This document shows, one piece after another, positions 34,266 through 47,400 of a stretch of 64,000 nucleotides of DNA. The notes beneath the pieces are model-generated. The model worked only from the letters and a program-made list of their open reading frames with translations, was not told the DNA's origin and ran no database searches. This stretch comes from Lingula anatina (Eukaryota; Animalia; Brachiopoda). The DNA lies in assembly GCA_051362555.1 (NCBI GenBank), contig CM120642.1, positions 9,858,001 to 9,922,000 on the forward strand. The letters are read 5' to 3'. Each line of letters opens with the position of its first letter. Positions within the stretch are counted from its first letter, which is position 1. Both the position numbers and the translations under genes were made by a program.

Positions 34266-37200
34266 TAATTTTCAAAAGGAAATATTATAGTATATGGAAA
34301 CATTTTTCGTAAAATGGGAAATGGAAAAGTTGCTTTTGAGTATTAGGCCTACTAATGGTTTCGTTAATAGACCGTCTGCGTGCGTCATATATCTTATTCG
34401 TACAGAATGATTCCAATCGACTGATATATATGACAGCTTACTTCACTCAAGCCGTTGAACTTTGCCTGAAAATGATTCTGTCTCTTGCAATATGTCATTC
34501 AGTGTTAAAGCGGCTTGGCTAAACCCGCCCTTTGGCAGATAATGTAAATTTCGTATCGCACTATAGGTGTCAGGCCAGTCGAACGTCAAATTTTTATCAG
34601 TCGTTTATTTTCATATCTTATTATTAGGGGCCTACCAATTGCGTGCCAAATAAGTATATAAGTTGATGTATATATGGTGTACATTCAAGGAAGAACTTGG
34701 AGGATAATATTTTATTCAAACAGGTTTACTCGCATGAAATTCAAAGTTATAATCTATTAAGTGCCTCCAACATGACAAGGGTAAGGCAGAAAAAATATGT
34801 CACGGTTTGACTGTGTACGGCAAATATTTTCGAGAATGGCTTTGGCTATGGAAGCGTGTGGTTGAACAAATATGTGCTGAAAGATTCATCCATATTTTTA
34901 GAGAAAGGATCGGGATTTAGCTTAGACACAAATTAAAAACGACATAGCTGGCACCAAATTTAAACCGCAAGCTCAATGTCAATTCAAGAAAAACAAGGAA
35001 AAAGGAAAAAGACATTTGAATGCAATTAAAGACAGGAATAAATACTCAACTCCAACTAGCTTCCATATAAGAGAGGACAACTTAAGCATTGAGATGGGTA
35101 GGCACTCAAACTGACATAATCAGACAGAAATTCTGAAAAGTGCAGTCCTGGGAAGGTAGAAGATGAAACCCATTTCCTTGTAACATGTCCTCTCGATGCA
35201 GGTGCGTTGTGCTCTCTTTTGGTGCATAATAGAAATTGCAAAAATTCTGACAGTATTAAAGGCGCATGTGAACTAGTCACCCTTATGGACAGTAAAAACG
35301 ATGGACATATGACTGCACTAGCGAAGCTTTTTATTTTTTGGTTAGCCTTTCAGAAGATAAGAGGGACTGTGCTGCATCCATCCCAAATACGCCATTTCAC
35401 GGATACTGAATCTATTTCGTACACTTTCCCAGTATTCATTGATATATTATACAGAATGCTGTATATCATATTTAGTGTCATATCTCGCAATGTAACATGT
35501 CACATAAGATGCCATGTGTCACTCACCATGTCACATGTCGGATCCAATGTCACACATTATGTGCAATGTCGCAATCACAAACAGTGTTACATTGGACACA
35601 ACGGTATCAGCGCAGTAATTAAATGATAGATTGAGGTACCAAGCCAAGAACTCTTTTAAAAAGTTCCGTCAGTCAATCATCGCATTATCATTACCCCACC
35701 CCTAATGCTAACACAGTAAATGTGAATCATTATTGTTACTCGTACCCCCGAAACCCTAGTACTAGTGATTTATAAGACATCTCTTTTAAGCCTGTCCACA
35801 CACCTTATTTTCCGAAGTCAAAGTGAAAGCCCGCGTGACAAAGGACATCACGGACCCTCATCACTTATTTGTGGTCATCTTTTATCATGTTTACAGTCGT
35901 AGCGGTTATAATGTAGTTATCATAGGTACATGTAAATGTTATACGACAGTGGTGAGACCTCAAGTGATGATTGAGCTTGTTTGTTTATCTTTTTTGTGTG
36001 TGTGTATGTAATTAATCTTTTTGTCAGTGGGTTCAGAGTGACCATCTCGTAATGAAGGCCCAAGTCTAGTCACATGTTATTAATAGTAGGGAGGTTTAAG
36101 GGCTTGTTGTAATGAATTGGCGTACGTCAAAGAAAGTATCTCAAGTTAAGTCAAGCTTGTGAGTCAGATTTTAAAAGAATATGTTATTCAATAACACCTT
36201 CGGAAATGCTAGAAGCTAGATGAGAACATATAATTTTTTTTTCAGCTTAAATGGGAAGTTTATTTGAACGATATCTTCGACATTCTTCAGATGCACTATC
36301 AGATGGAATTCAACCTGTCGGTCCCTTATACGCCCGAAGACATGAGATCATATCTAAAATAAGGAAATTTAAAATGAAAAATTCCAGGTGGAATTATTCA
36401 AATTGACTTAACCACAACACGTGGTTGAACCATTCAGTGCTAGGGTAGCCAATGAGCAAAAGTTGTGTGAAATAGGTCTTCTTTTCCATCATACAAAAAC
36501 CTTTAAAGGCACAAGTAATGAAAAAGAAGTTTGTGGAAAAAGAAGTTTGTGGCGTGAAAATAATGAAGAACAGTTTTGGTCACGAAGTATTACTGTCTTA
36601 TTTCACATATTCCTCTTTTATTTTGCGTATTTTTAACATACAAACAATAATTGTAAGGCTTTTGCTTTTATTTTTGTTTGAATTATGTCAATGATAATAA
36701 CGAAAGAAGTAAGAGTTACTTACAAGTTAACAGTAAAAGTCGGTTTCAGAATGCTGCTCTGTCACACTGCGCATAAACTTAACGGGCAGAATAAATGACC
36801 ATCTTATTTATCCACATTTCAAATATAAATATTAAGGATTGGTAAACACTGGATTTTAACAAGGTTTTAATCTAATTTGGAACCTGCTTTTTGGCATAAA
36901 TCATACTAAAAGCCACAAGTGAAATGAGCCCCACATTATTTATTTGTCTTTGTATGTGCGCGATAAGGGTGAAATTGTATTACATATGCACAGGCTGTTA
37001 TCTTTTATTTTTGTAGTTAAAATGACTACGGGCTGAATTGGGGTAACGTCTGATAGCTTTTTTATGGCATAGTTCGAGTTAATTGTATCTTCAACGCTTG
37101 ACGTGAATGCCAATCTCTTTTCATTGCTTCGTGTATTACAAAGATAACGACAAACCTGAATAATAGTGAATAGCTTCAGCAGTCTGTGATTACGCATTAT

Positions 37201-38690
37201 AAAGGTACCTACATACTTTTATATTTTTCATCGAATTACGTCTGGTTGCTGCGCGGTAGTCACACTGTTCCCTTATTTTTCTAGTAGGGGATCCATTATG
37301 TTTGTGGGAAATTGATTTAACCTTTTCATTAAAAAAAGGTACTTGAAATTTGGCATTTTGTAAAAAAGTATTTGGAACCAGAAATTTCCGGCTAAAACTA
37401 GTTTTTTTTTTGTACCTTTATAAGCACCGCCACATCCAGGGGCGCAATGCCTATTAGTATTTTTGTAGTTGCTTAGATGAAGGAAGTTCGCTTTTGTATT
37501 AAAGAAAGTCAGAGGTCAAGATATAATTCAATGATATCTATTATCTAAATTCCAATTGACATTTATAAGGAAAAAAACGTCTATGATAAAATAGGAGCTT
37601 AAGGTTCTTTATCGATCATTGAATCGAAAAATTTAAATGTTATTCTTTTGTGAAATAAAAGTATGAATTCAAGTTTTTTCAATCATTACTTATTTTAAAC
37701 ATTAGTTTGATCTTGACAGGAAGCTTGTAAGTCTCAGATTTTACAGTCATTGTATTGACGCACATATTCGCCGACCTCTCATTTGCTGACATTTTACCCA
37801 ACATTTTAAGTAAAACGAAGTCTGGAGTTACCTTACACCCATTTCATTTGTGAAAAGAATCTGGAGAAACTGGTTTTGAAAACAATCCGCCTGCTGCAGT
37901 AATACTGGCGCAGTGAGCCGCCACGGTATATTTAATAACCAGTTCTATTTCAGCTTCCTTAAGGGTCACTAATTCATCTCCATATCTTTTTAGAGTAATC
38001 CCCACTCCAGTGGTCTCGTTACAAAGACAGGCCATTTAAATGGAAATTTCAGTACTTCAGATCAATGCCATAAAAACGTAAAGTATTCAAGGGATTGAAT
38101 ACAGGACAATATTATGCCTTTAAATCTGCCATGACCCGCAATCCTGTATACAAACTCGCTTTCTGTGTGATGTGATAGGCTTCAGACATTGTTAGTTTGC
38201 CACTACTTGTGACTTGAAGGTTGTGTCTGTGGCTGAGCTGAAGTGAGGCGATGGTTGTTTTTCAACGGTAGTGCTTATTGACCATGTAAACGCACGTGAC
38301 AAAAGGTATGCTCAAACACAAATAAGACAACATTGACTTAAGCAATTTGCTTCTTATTATAAAGTACTACATATGCAACGGGCAGTAGGGGCTGGTCAGG
38401 TATATCGCCAGCCACTTTTAAAGGATATATTACATGTACCTATGGAGAGAGCCACAGTTCTAAGTCTATATGTATGTAAGTACGTGCAGTGTTTTCCAAA
38501 AAGTTATGGTTTCTTTTATTGTGTTTATGACATGATTTTTTTCTGTTTTGTTTTTACTGATGATTACTGATGATTATTTTTACTGATGTCTTGTGCTGGT
38601 ATTCTATATGACATTATGAGCATTATAAGACAATCACGCCACTGTAGCATACGGTGCGTCTGAAGAGTGGAGAAGTTTTCTTAAAATGTG

Positions 38691-38837
38691 CCGGTGTGAA
38701 CACATGTCCTAGCTGCGTATAAATACAGCTAGGAATCTAGGTCCGGGTAGGACAGTGCATCCTAGGGAACAAACGTCCATAGGACATGTTTTCCCAGGGT
38801 CTCCGTTCCTGGGGGACATGCATTCCTTTCACACCGG
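38691..38837. mobile_element. MITE with CCGGTGTGA termini
   Basis: Inverted termini ccggtgtgaa and ttcacaccgg, with internal cctag/ggac sub-repeats. A related element lies at 63137-63309. Confidence 0.65.
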
Positions 38838-40033
38838 CTTAAAGGCACAATGTTTACCTGTGTCTCCCTGCCAGTGAGGAACGCAAGGCGAAAGTTGGTC
38901 TTAACTCATAATAGTCTATTTACATGTCACTTCTTTAGGTTTAAAAAGCCAACTATTTCTTACTCTTTGTCAAACCGCCCGTTATTTACATAGAGGTGAA
39001 CTCCATCCGTTTTTCATTCGTTATCTCTTGTACATGTATGCAGATGGTAAAAAAATGGTTCGCCACACAGGTTAAAGGGTAATTGTCTTTTTTAGGGACG
39101 ATGTACTTTTTTGTCAGATTTCAAATTTATCCCGGGTCAAAACAGATCGTTATTGTTGGCCTTAAGGTAAAAGCTTCCAAGAAAATATATATTTTGTGAA
39201 ACGGGACGCTGCTTGCTTTGATATAGGGAGTTAACCTGACCTCTGCAGACCCTTAAAGTTGATCTAGAAAACTCGTTTGGATCTAGTATTTTGAACGAAT
39301 TGAAAGGCTGAAGTAGACATGGGGCATTGAAGGAAACGTACTGAAATAAGATCAAAATCCTTTCTAACAAATTATTTTACAATATCAAATTATTTCCTTT
39401 GTATTTTGTTAAAGACGCATTTTATTTTTTTGACAAAAACAAAATGTCTTGTGTCTTTCAACTGAAACACAGGACACAGTGATCATTTTTACATTCTGAA
39501 ACTTAATGTGTATTTTATACAAAGGCCAAATTCCTTTTCACTGCAGGTGTGAACGTTATTGTAAAAAGGTGCGTGGAGTTGAATAATAACAGCGCCCCAC
39601 TGCATTCTTGACTTGGCAGTGACGCTTCCTGTTGACACTAAAATTTATCAGACAAAGATGCAAGTATTCTTTTTTCTAAAGACAAATTTCTTAATTTAAG
39701 GATAACAGGATTTTCTATTGTTTGAACCCGTGTCTGGGATTATGCACCACTCAGGAGGTCCTCACAGAAAGTCTATGTCAATAGTGCTGACAAGCAGCAA
39801 TCCAGCTCCCTTTTTTCAAAAGCTCAATACACACTACAGAATTGAAAATATAAGATAAAAATAACAATACAGTGCTCCTTTGACTGAAAGAAGGAGACAT
39901 ACCGTATAGACTGGTTACCGCACAAAATAAATTATGTCAGTTTGTCAAGGATTTATACGACACTATGACTTAATGGCGGGCGTAGCCTTTATTAGAAATT
40001 TTGGGGAAATATGGGGAATATTGGCACGCACGT

Positions 40034-40034
<1 letters not shown>

Positions 40035-40068
<34 letters not shown>

Positions 40069-40092
40069 GAGAGAGAGAGAGAGAGAGAGAGA
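40035..40092. repeat. Compound (CA)n(GA)n microsatellite
   Basis: Read directly from the sequence. Confidence 0.9.
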
Positions 40093-41466
40093 ATAACAAC
40101 TCCAACAGTTTGTCAAGCATTCGGATTGTAGTGGATTGATTGTGCTGATATACAGCTTCTATTATACACTGCCAGTCATGAACTCTGCCAATTTTAATGT
40201 CAAGATCCCTTGACCTCAAATAACTTGCCAGATATAATAGCCCTTATTCAAACAACGCTGGTAACATATATATTATGACAACATGAAATAATGTAGTTGT
40301 TGTGCGTTTTCCATATAATGACTTAATCTGTCACAAAGAACATTGTCTCTCATGTGATATTAGTATTAGATTTTTATTGCACACAGGGCAGGGAAATATC
40401 TTATCAATGTGGGGTAGTACGTCAGTGATCCTCTATGTTATGAAATTGCAAATATTGTGGATTGATAATTGCAAAGCAAATGTGAAGGATTTTCAGAATT
40501 CACCCCGGTTGCACATGAATCCCAAAATTTAAATGCAAGAGATTTTAACATAGTTAATGTGGGGTATAGAAATACACGTAGTCGGCCGTACAAGAAACCA
40601 GGGAAGTCTATCTTGTACAAGATTATTGAAAATAATGAGCCGTAGATTATATTACCCTCCCGTCGGCTAACTTTTTACCTACCTGATTTAAACTGTATAC
40701 GATTTTGCCTTAGCAGGTGTGTGAAATATAATTTAAGGGGTCAAACATATCTGACATTACAATATAAGGCAATTAACCTTTAGAGTGATAGAAATAGCCG
40801 ATGCCATTCCTTAGTGGGAGGGATATACCAGTAAATGTAAAGACGGATATCCATCCAAGTTGAGTTGAATGAAAATGCATTTGTTTTGCGTAAATTAATG
40901 AAGTGAAATACCACGTGTATTTTATTTCAGGATTAAATGTTATTGCTTTTTGACAAGAACAATAAATAATAATTAAAGCGACCGGTGTGGCTCGCTCCGT
41001 ATTGTGATGCCGGTTATCATAAAAGTCATGATGGCAGGAATTTTATCAGCTTTTTAAAAACAAAAGATGTTCTTTTTTATAACTTGTAGGGTTTTTTATG
41101 TTTGAAAATATTGTTTCCTTATTTTTTTCTCTTTTTGTTTTTAGGTACCCCAAGTTTGCTTAAACCCTTCGAGTGTTCTACACGACGACTGTGGGGGTCT
41201 ATCAGAGGTGACACTGAGACCTAAAACAAGCCAAACAGCTGATTAACTTCTATCCTTAGGCTTAAAGAGTATAATAAGCAAGACAGGAATACTATACAGA
41301 AGAAATTGTCTCTACCTTTTCCAGTTAGCCACCTGGATATCAATATACACGTACGAACAGTAAACATCGCACCTTTTTTCGCACGTCATGTACAAAAGGT
41401 AGAAAAACAAGAGGACAAATCTTGAGTGGATTACCTGTTATTGACTCGCATAATACTGCGTTGACA

Positions 41467-44400
41467 ATGGCAAAGGTCGGAGAGCAACATGCGACCTATT
41501 TCAACGATGTAAATTATAATAGTCTAAATAGGCAGAGTGAACTGGAGTATGACTTAAATATCGACCCGGTTCAGGAGGCGCTGCGGAGGCAAGTCAGTCG
41601 GTCTCTTGCTACAGAGGCGGCCAAAAGGGTTAAATCTTCGTCCACGTCTGATGGAACCTCGACGAAGTCAAATACATCAGAGAAAAGTCAATTTAGTCAG
41701 GAAACAAAAAGCACAGGCAGCAAGAAGGTGTCTTCCGCTCACTCGTCAGTCAGAAGTAGAGACTTAAAAGAACTATCTCTTATCACCGCAGAGATTGATA
41801 GCTGGGATGAAAACGCACCCCCTGGTCCTGCCTTAGGCAGTAGTACCCCCGGGAACGACGCAAAAGACCACAATACCAATGGTTCTGACGCCAGCGAGAA
41901 CTTACGTTCTAAAAAAGCAAACATGAACCGACTTAGTGAGCTTAGTTTATCCGAAGAGGTGATGACCGATCTTGGTATCGGCGTGCTAGATGAATCCATC
42001 GACAATTCACCCCAGTCTGGCGGTAAAACGAGCCAAGGAGGAGTAAAGCACGCCAAATCAGGTCACCTGAGTGGCTTGGAGAGCAGGGCCCAAGAAAACG
42101 CAGGGGTCGATTACTGCGAGGTATCTAGTTCTGAGATTCTCGAATTAAAGCAACAACAGGCTTATGGACAACAACAACACCAACGACAGCAAAACCAGCA
42201 ACAACATTTGCAGCAAAGTCAACCACAGTCCCATACAAGACAGAGTGAACTACCCCCACAGGAAGAAGATATTACATATGAAGCACACGGATCACCAATA
42301 ACTGTGCAAGGCCAGATAGTAAAGGGGGCCCCTTTGCAATTAGCTGGTGGGGCCAAGCACGCCAACCCAAATCAGATGAGATCCATGGAGAGTAGGGCTC
42401 AAGAAAATGTTGATGTCGATTATTGTGAGGTATCTAGTTCTGAAATTCTTGAACTTGAGCAACAACGAGCTCGTGAACAACAGGAGCAAAAGCGACAGCA
42501 AAGCCAGCAAAAAGGCATACAGCAAAATCAACAACAGTGCCATACAGGGCAGAGAGAACTACCCCCAGATGAAGAAGATATTACATACGAGGCGCACACA
42601 TCGCCAATAACTGCACAGGGACAAACAGTAAAAGGAGAGCGCGTGCAGTTTGCTAGCGCTACCTTGGAAAGGGGAATGCAAAATGAACTTAACAACGACA
42701 GCCGGTCATTTTCTCAGGATGACCTCAGGACAGTCAGTTCCACGCCAGCCATCTCAGCAACAATGACCCGCCACGATTCGGGGTTTCTTCAAGAGGCTAA
42801 GGAAAAGATGAACACCTTAAAGAAACAAATACAACGCACCCAGTCACAACGTGAAATGCAGTCCGGAGAGAGAAACGTCGTTGTTACAAAGAAATCTGCA
42901 CATAATCTACATTCGTCTGCTTCGTCCCAGGCTCAGTCTATCTCTAATACAAACCAGGAAAGTTTCTCCTACGGTTCACTGAAACATGAAAAAGTCTCGT
43001 CAAGAAATGTAGTATCTTCTACGAAGGAAAATGTAGAAGGGAAAGATCTATCTGAAAGAAACTTCAGCTCCAGAACACCCCCACAAAATTTGCCAGTCCA
43101 AGAAAAATGGGAGAAATCCGGCGCTCATCGTGTCTTTGACAGCCGATCGCCAGACGCGTTCAGCCCTACTAAATTTGAGGAATTTCAGACTCAAAATCTC
43201 AAGTCCAGGACTGAATCTGTAACAAAAACAGGTCTAGGAGAAGTCCCACAGCAATATAAAGAGACTAGAGACGTTGAAATAATTTCATCTTCGGCATCCC
43301 CAGCTGTATCGAAGCAGGATACCTATGAGAGAGTAACAGAGACAAGACAAAATGATGTAACAAACGAACGCACGCGGGTGAAAACCAATGGCAGCATCAG
43401 CTCTACTACTGCAATGTCGGCGCAATTTCAGCAAAGTGTTTCAAGTGGTAATTCTCGCCCCGGGATCAAAACAACGACAAATGTTAAGAAACCAGAGTTT
43501 CAAAACACCGCTGAAAGAGAAAAGAATTATTCAAATAGATCCCATTTTGAAAAGAAAATGCACCAAGAAGACGTTTTTGACGGAGAAGTCTCAACCATTT
43601 ATCAAAGCCGCACACAGACGAAAAAGGAAAAGAACTCTAAGAAGGAAAAGAAAAAGGAACAAAACAAAGGAAAAAACGACGATAGTCATTTTAGAGAATC
43701 GCTCATCGTCAGAGCTGAACCTCGTGCAGATTTGGGTGAAGGGGTCGCTGTTCTGGATCTTTCAGGTAAAGATGGCAGGGATATAGAGGCCAAATATCGA
43801 GCGCAGTATGATCACCGCATAACACCAAACGGTGACGTAGACGACGGGGACCTGAGTAGCAGCAGTCAGTCAAGTGATGATGAATACGTATCCAAAATGC
43901 ACTACACACCTAATCACTCTCAGCAAGCGGTAGGAATACCCAATCAATCCAGTCACAATAATGTTTCAGTTGTGTCCGTGTCACCGCAGAATTCGTCTCA
44001 TAAAACGGGTTCACCTGAGAGAAATATTAACTACCCCGATGAACCGCAGCCTCACCGTTCCGCGCCATATACGTCAAACATGAATATTTCTTTTCAACCA
44101 CAATTAACCGCCCAACAGCCAATTCGTAATAAAAGTGAGAATAACCCAGGACTAATTAAAGTCACCAAGGGTAACCCTATGCAAAGTGAAAATCCCACTG
44201 TTAATCCGGCAGTCGGCAGACCGTATCAAGACATACAAGTTGCGTCTTCAGCGCCGGTAAAGGAAGAAATGATAACGGCTAAAAAGAAACAAAACGAAGC
44301 TAATCCACCACGTCCTGAGACGATGCTTTCGTCTCCTACTTCGACCATAAATCCTAAGGAGTTAAAAAATGTGGCCAAAAAGCACAAGGTGGGTAAAATA

Positions 44401-47400
44401 TCTCACAAGTTTGCCGACAGGGAGATAACATTAACTGGCGGCTCTAGACCCACTGTGTTAAAACACTCCGAGATAGAGCGTCACAGGCCTGACAGCAGCC
44501 TAGATGGTTCTTTGAATGAATCAGCGATTAGCGAGTCGTCGTTCACATCAGAAGGGGAAGAAGAGGAGGGGATAACACGGTTAAGGGTCACTGCCGCACC
44601 TGAGCGACCTAACCGGTATTCACCTGCGTTTCATATGACGCCACAACAAAGTGCGGCTGATGACATGCGCACAGAGGCCCAACCCAGATCAGTTAGCGTC
44701 AACACCTCGCCCGGAAAACAGGTGAAACCAGTCCCCGCTTACGAAAATGGAAGCCATCAATTTCGCGAGTCTCCTAGTCCAGATGATCCATTATACGCCC
44801 AAGAGCCCTTGATAATACCTGAAGTCGACGAGAGAATGCAGTACCAACGATATCCCAGAGTAGATCGGACACGAAGTCCATCAGAACATTCATCCACGTC
44901 CAGTCGGTCATCAGTTAGCATAAGACACGAGCCTATACACCAGGAACCGGTTCAGCGTATGCACGTACAGCGTGTTTATACTGGGCCCGTTGTACCGAAT
45001 CAACAAAGTCCTATTGACCGCCGTATGATGAATGGGCACACCGTACATGGACAGAGATACTATGAGGAGACAAAAACTGTGACACAGCAAGGCCCGCACC
45101 AGAATAAACCAGTAACTCAGTCACAGAAACAATCGGTGCGAGAAGTGTACACATTAGACGGCGATGGAAGGCCAGATCAAATAAGAAAACAGTACATGTC
45201 AACAGACAGCGGCATTGGAATGCCTAGTCCTAGCGAAGAACGGTACTCGACGATCGAGAGAGAATACGAAGAAAGGAGTATAAAATCGCGACGAGTAAGT
45301 GCAGAGAACAATAACAACGTGTCCAGGGTGTTTGTAAACAGCCCCTCTCCTGCCCCCCAGCAGCGCATTGACGTCGAATACGTGAGCCGTACGTCAGCGA
45401 CGCCATCACCGACTCGGTCTCAAGTTCATTCTCGTAGTGAAAGCCGTAACGAGGAGATATACCAGAGATCGCCGTCTCCATTTGATCGTTCTCGCTCTCC
45501 GTCAATTTATATAGCAGTGCCCGGGTCATCAGAATATTCCACAAGTTCTAGAGAGTACACTACCAGTACAATGTCGCCAGTGCGTACTCAAACTCAGAAT
45601 CGTATAGTGACTCCGTCATACGTGCTTGAAAAACATCGCCTAGAAACTGAGATTGTTCAGGGCAGCGCTCCCAGCGGCGTTAAAGTCGAAGCTCCTGCCG
45701 GGCCCACTCCGTTGTACAGAAAGATAGAAATACTCCCGACAAAAGCCGCTAAAACCACACGGCACGACAGAGAAACCGAAGTGCTGAAGCAAGAGCTTGT
45801 GGAAACGATTGTAAATGAGTCCACGTCCGACTACGACGAGTACGTGGAAGTGAATGATTTTAACCGTGCCAAATGGGACGTGGTAGAAGAGGCACACTTG
45901 GAACGGAGTCCTCAGAGAAGCCCCGAGCCAGTTGGCGCACCTGTGACAGTCATACAAATCAACGGTGCAGACTCCAAGCATCACGATGAAAACACATACT
46001 ATGCCAAGCGCATAAAAAGTAAGACCGTAACGAATCAACACCAACATGTGGAGACTACAGATAGCGTGAAACGCAAGACCGCAGGCAAAAAACACCGTGC
46101 AACGTCTCCGGATAGGCCTGTATCTGAGGAGCCGTTGGAGATGAAACGAATGAAAAATGTCGAGCGCGGCACCAGTCCCGATCGGCCAGTCTCCGAGGAA
46201 CCTATGAGGCCCAGGAAAACGACTAATGTCGAACGTGGCACCAGCCCTGATCGCCCCGTCTCCGAGGAGCCTATGAGACCCAGGAAAATGCCTAATGTCG
46301 AACGTGGCAACAGCCCCAATCGCCCGGTCTCCGAGGAGCCTATGACGATGAGAAATGCCGGTAATGTCGAGCGCCCTACGAGCCCGGAACGCCCGGTGTC
46401 AGAAGAGCCAATGACCATGCAAAGAGTAGAAAACGTCGAGCGCCCGACGAGCCCAGAACGCCCGAGATCCACTACTCGTTTATACGTGCAAACTCCTAAT
46501 GATTTACCCGAGTTACGTCAATTCATAGAGGAAAAAACAACGACTAAAAGAACTGTCCATACCATGGAAATGGCAGAAGAGGATATTTTAAGCAGCACCA
46601 GCAGCAGCGAGGAAGATGAATACTCTGATGAAGAAGATGGCATCCCAGTTGACGAAAACTTTAACGTCGATAAACAATTCCCCGTCGAAACTAGCAGTGA
46701 ACAACGTATGATCACAAATAACGTGGAAACAGCTGGCGCACCGAGGTACGTAGACATTGACGAAGACGACAATGTGAACGTTTTTGACCAGCAGTTTTTC
46801 GTGAACAGAGAAAACCCACTGTATCACAGCGAAGAAAACCTCAACCGTGTGGACGAGTCTGAAATCGTAGCCACGAAAATAGAGAGAGTAGAGACTGAAG
46901 CCAGAGCTCAGGAAGTCGACGAGGTGGACCATGTTGTTAAAGTTGATAAAGAAGAAGTCGAACAAAAACGTAATCAGCCTGAGGAAACAGAGGGTGAGTT
47001 TAACAGGCCCATGTAAATTAGTATTTCTCTTAAAGTAGTCCTTTTAACGCTATGAAATCTAATAGTAATTAACCCGTAATTTAAGTCTTGTAATTTACGA
47101 GTATTTATCCTACATATTTGAAAAGAAAGTGGAGCACTATGTGATAATGCAAATATCCCTTTGTAACATGATATGTCCTTATTCACAAGGGCTTTATTTG
47201 CGACTGTATGAGTCTTTCAACACTTTGCATGTTATTGTCTAAAATATTTGTACATTTTATAAGGCACCTCTGTTGATTTCGTTTTTTAAAGCATCCCACG
47301 TTTTCCCCTAAAATTGCCGTATCCATTAATTTCAAAACCTCTCAATTTGTATTATAAACTTGGCCAAAAGAAAACCACGTATATGTAAATGTTACCTGAC

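Noticed and set aside
28990-40620. Scattered 60-139-aa ORFs in the long AT-rich interval
   Set aside because: They show no domain similarity, no splice-consistent chain and a composition like random non-coding DNA.
41739-46965. Antisense and alternative-frame ORFs overlapping the giant exon
   Set aside because: These are shadow ORFs expected from the codon bias and repeats of the real frame.
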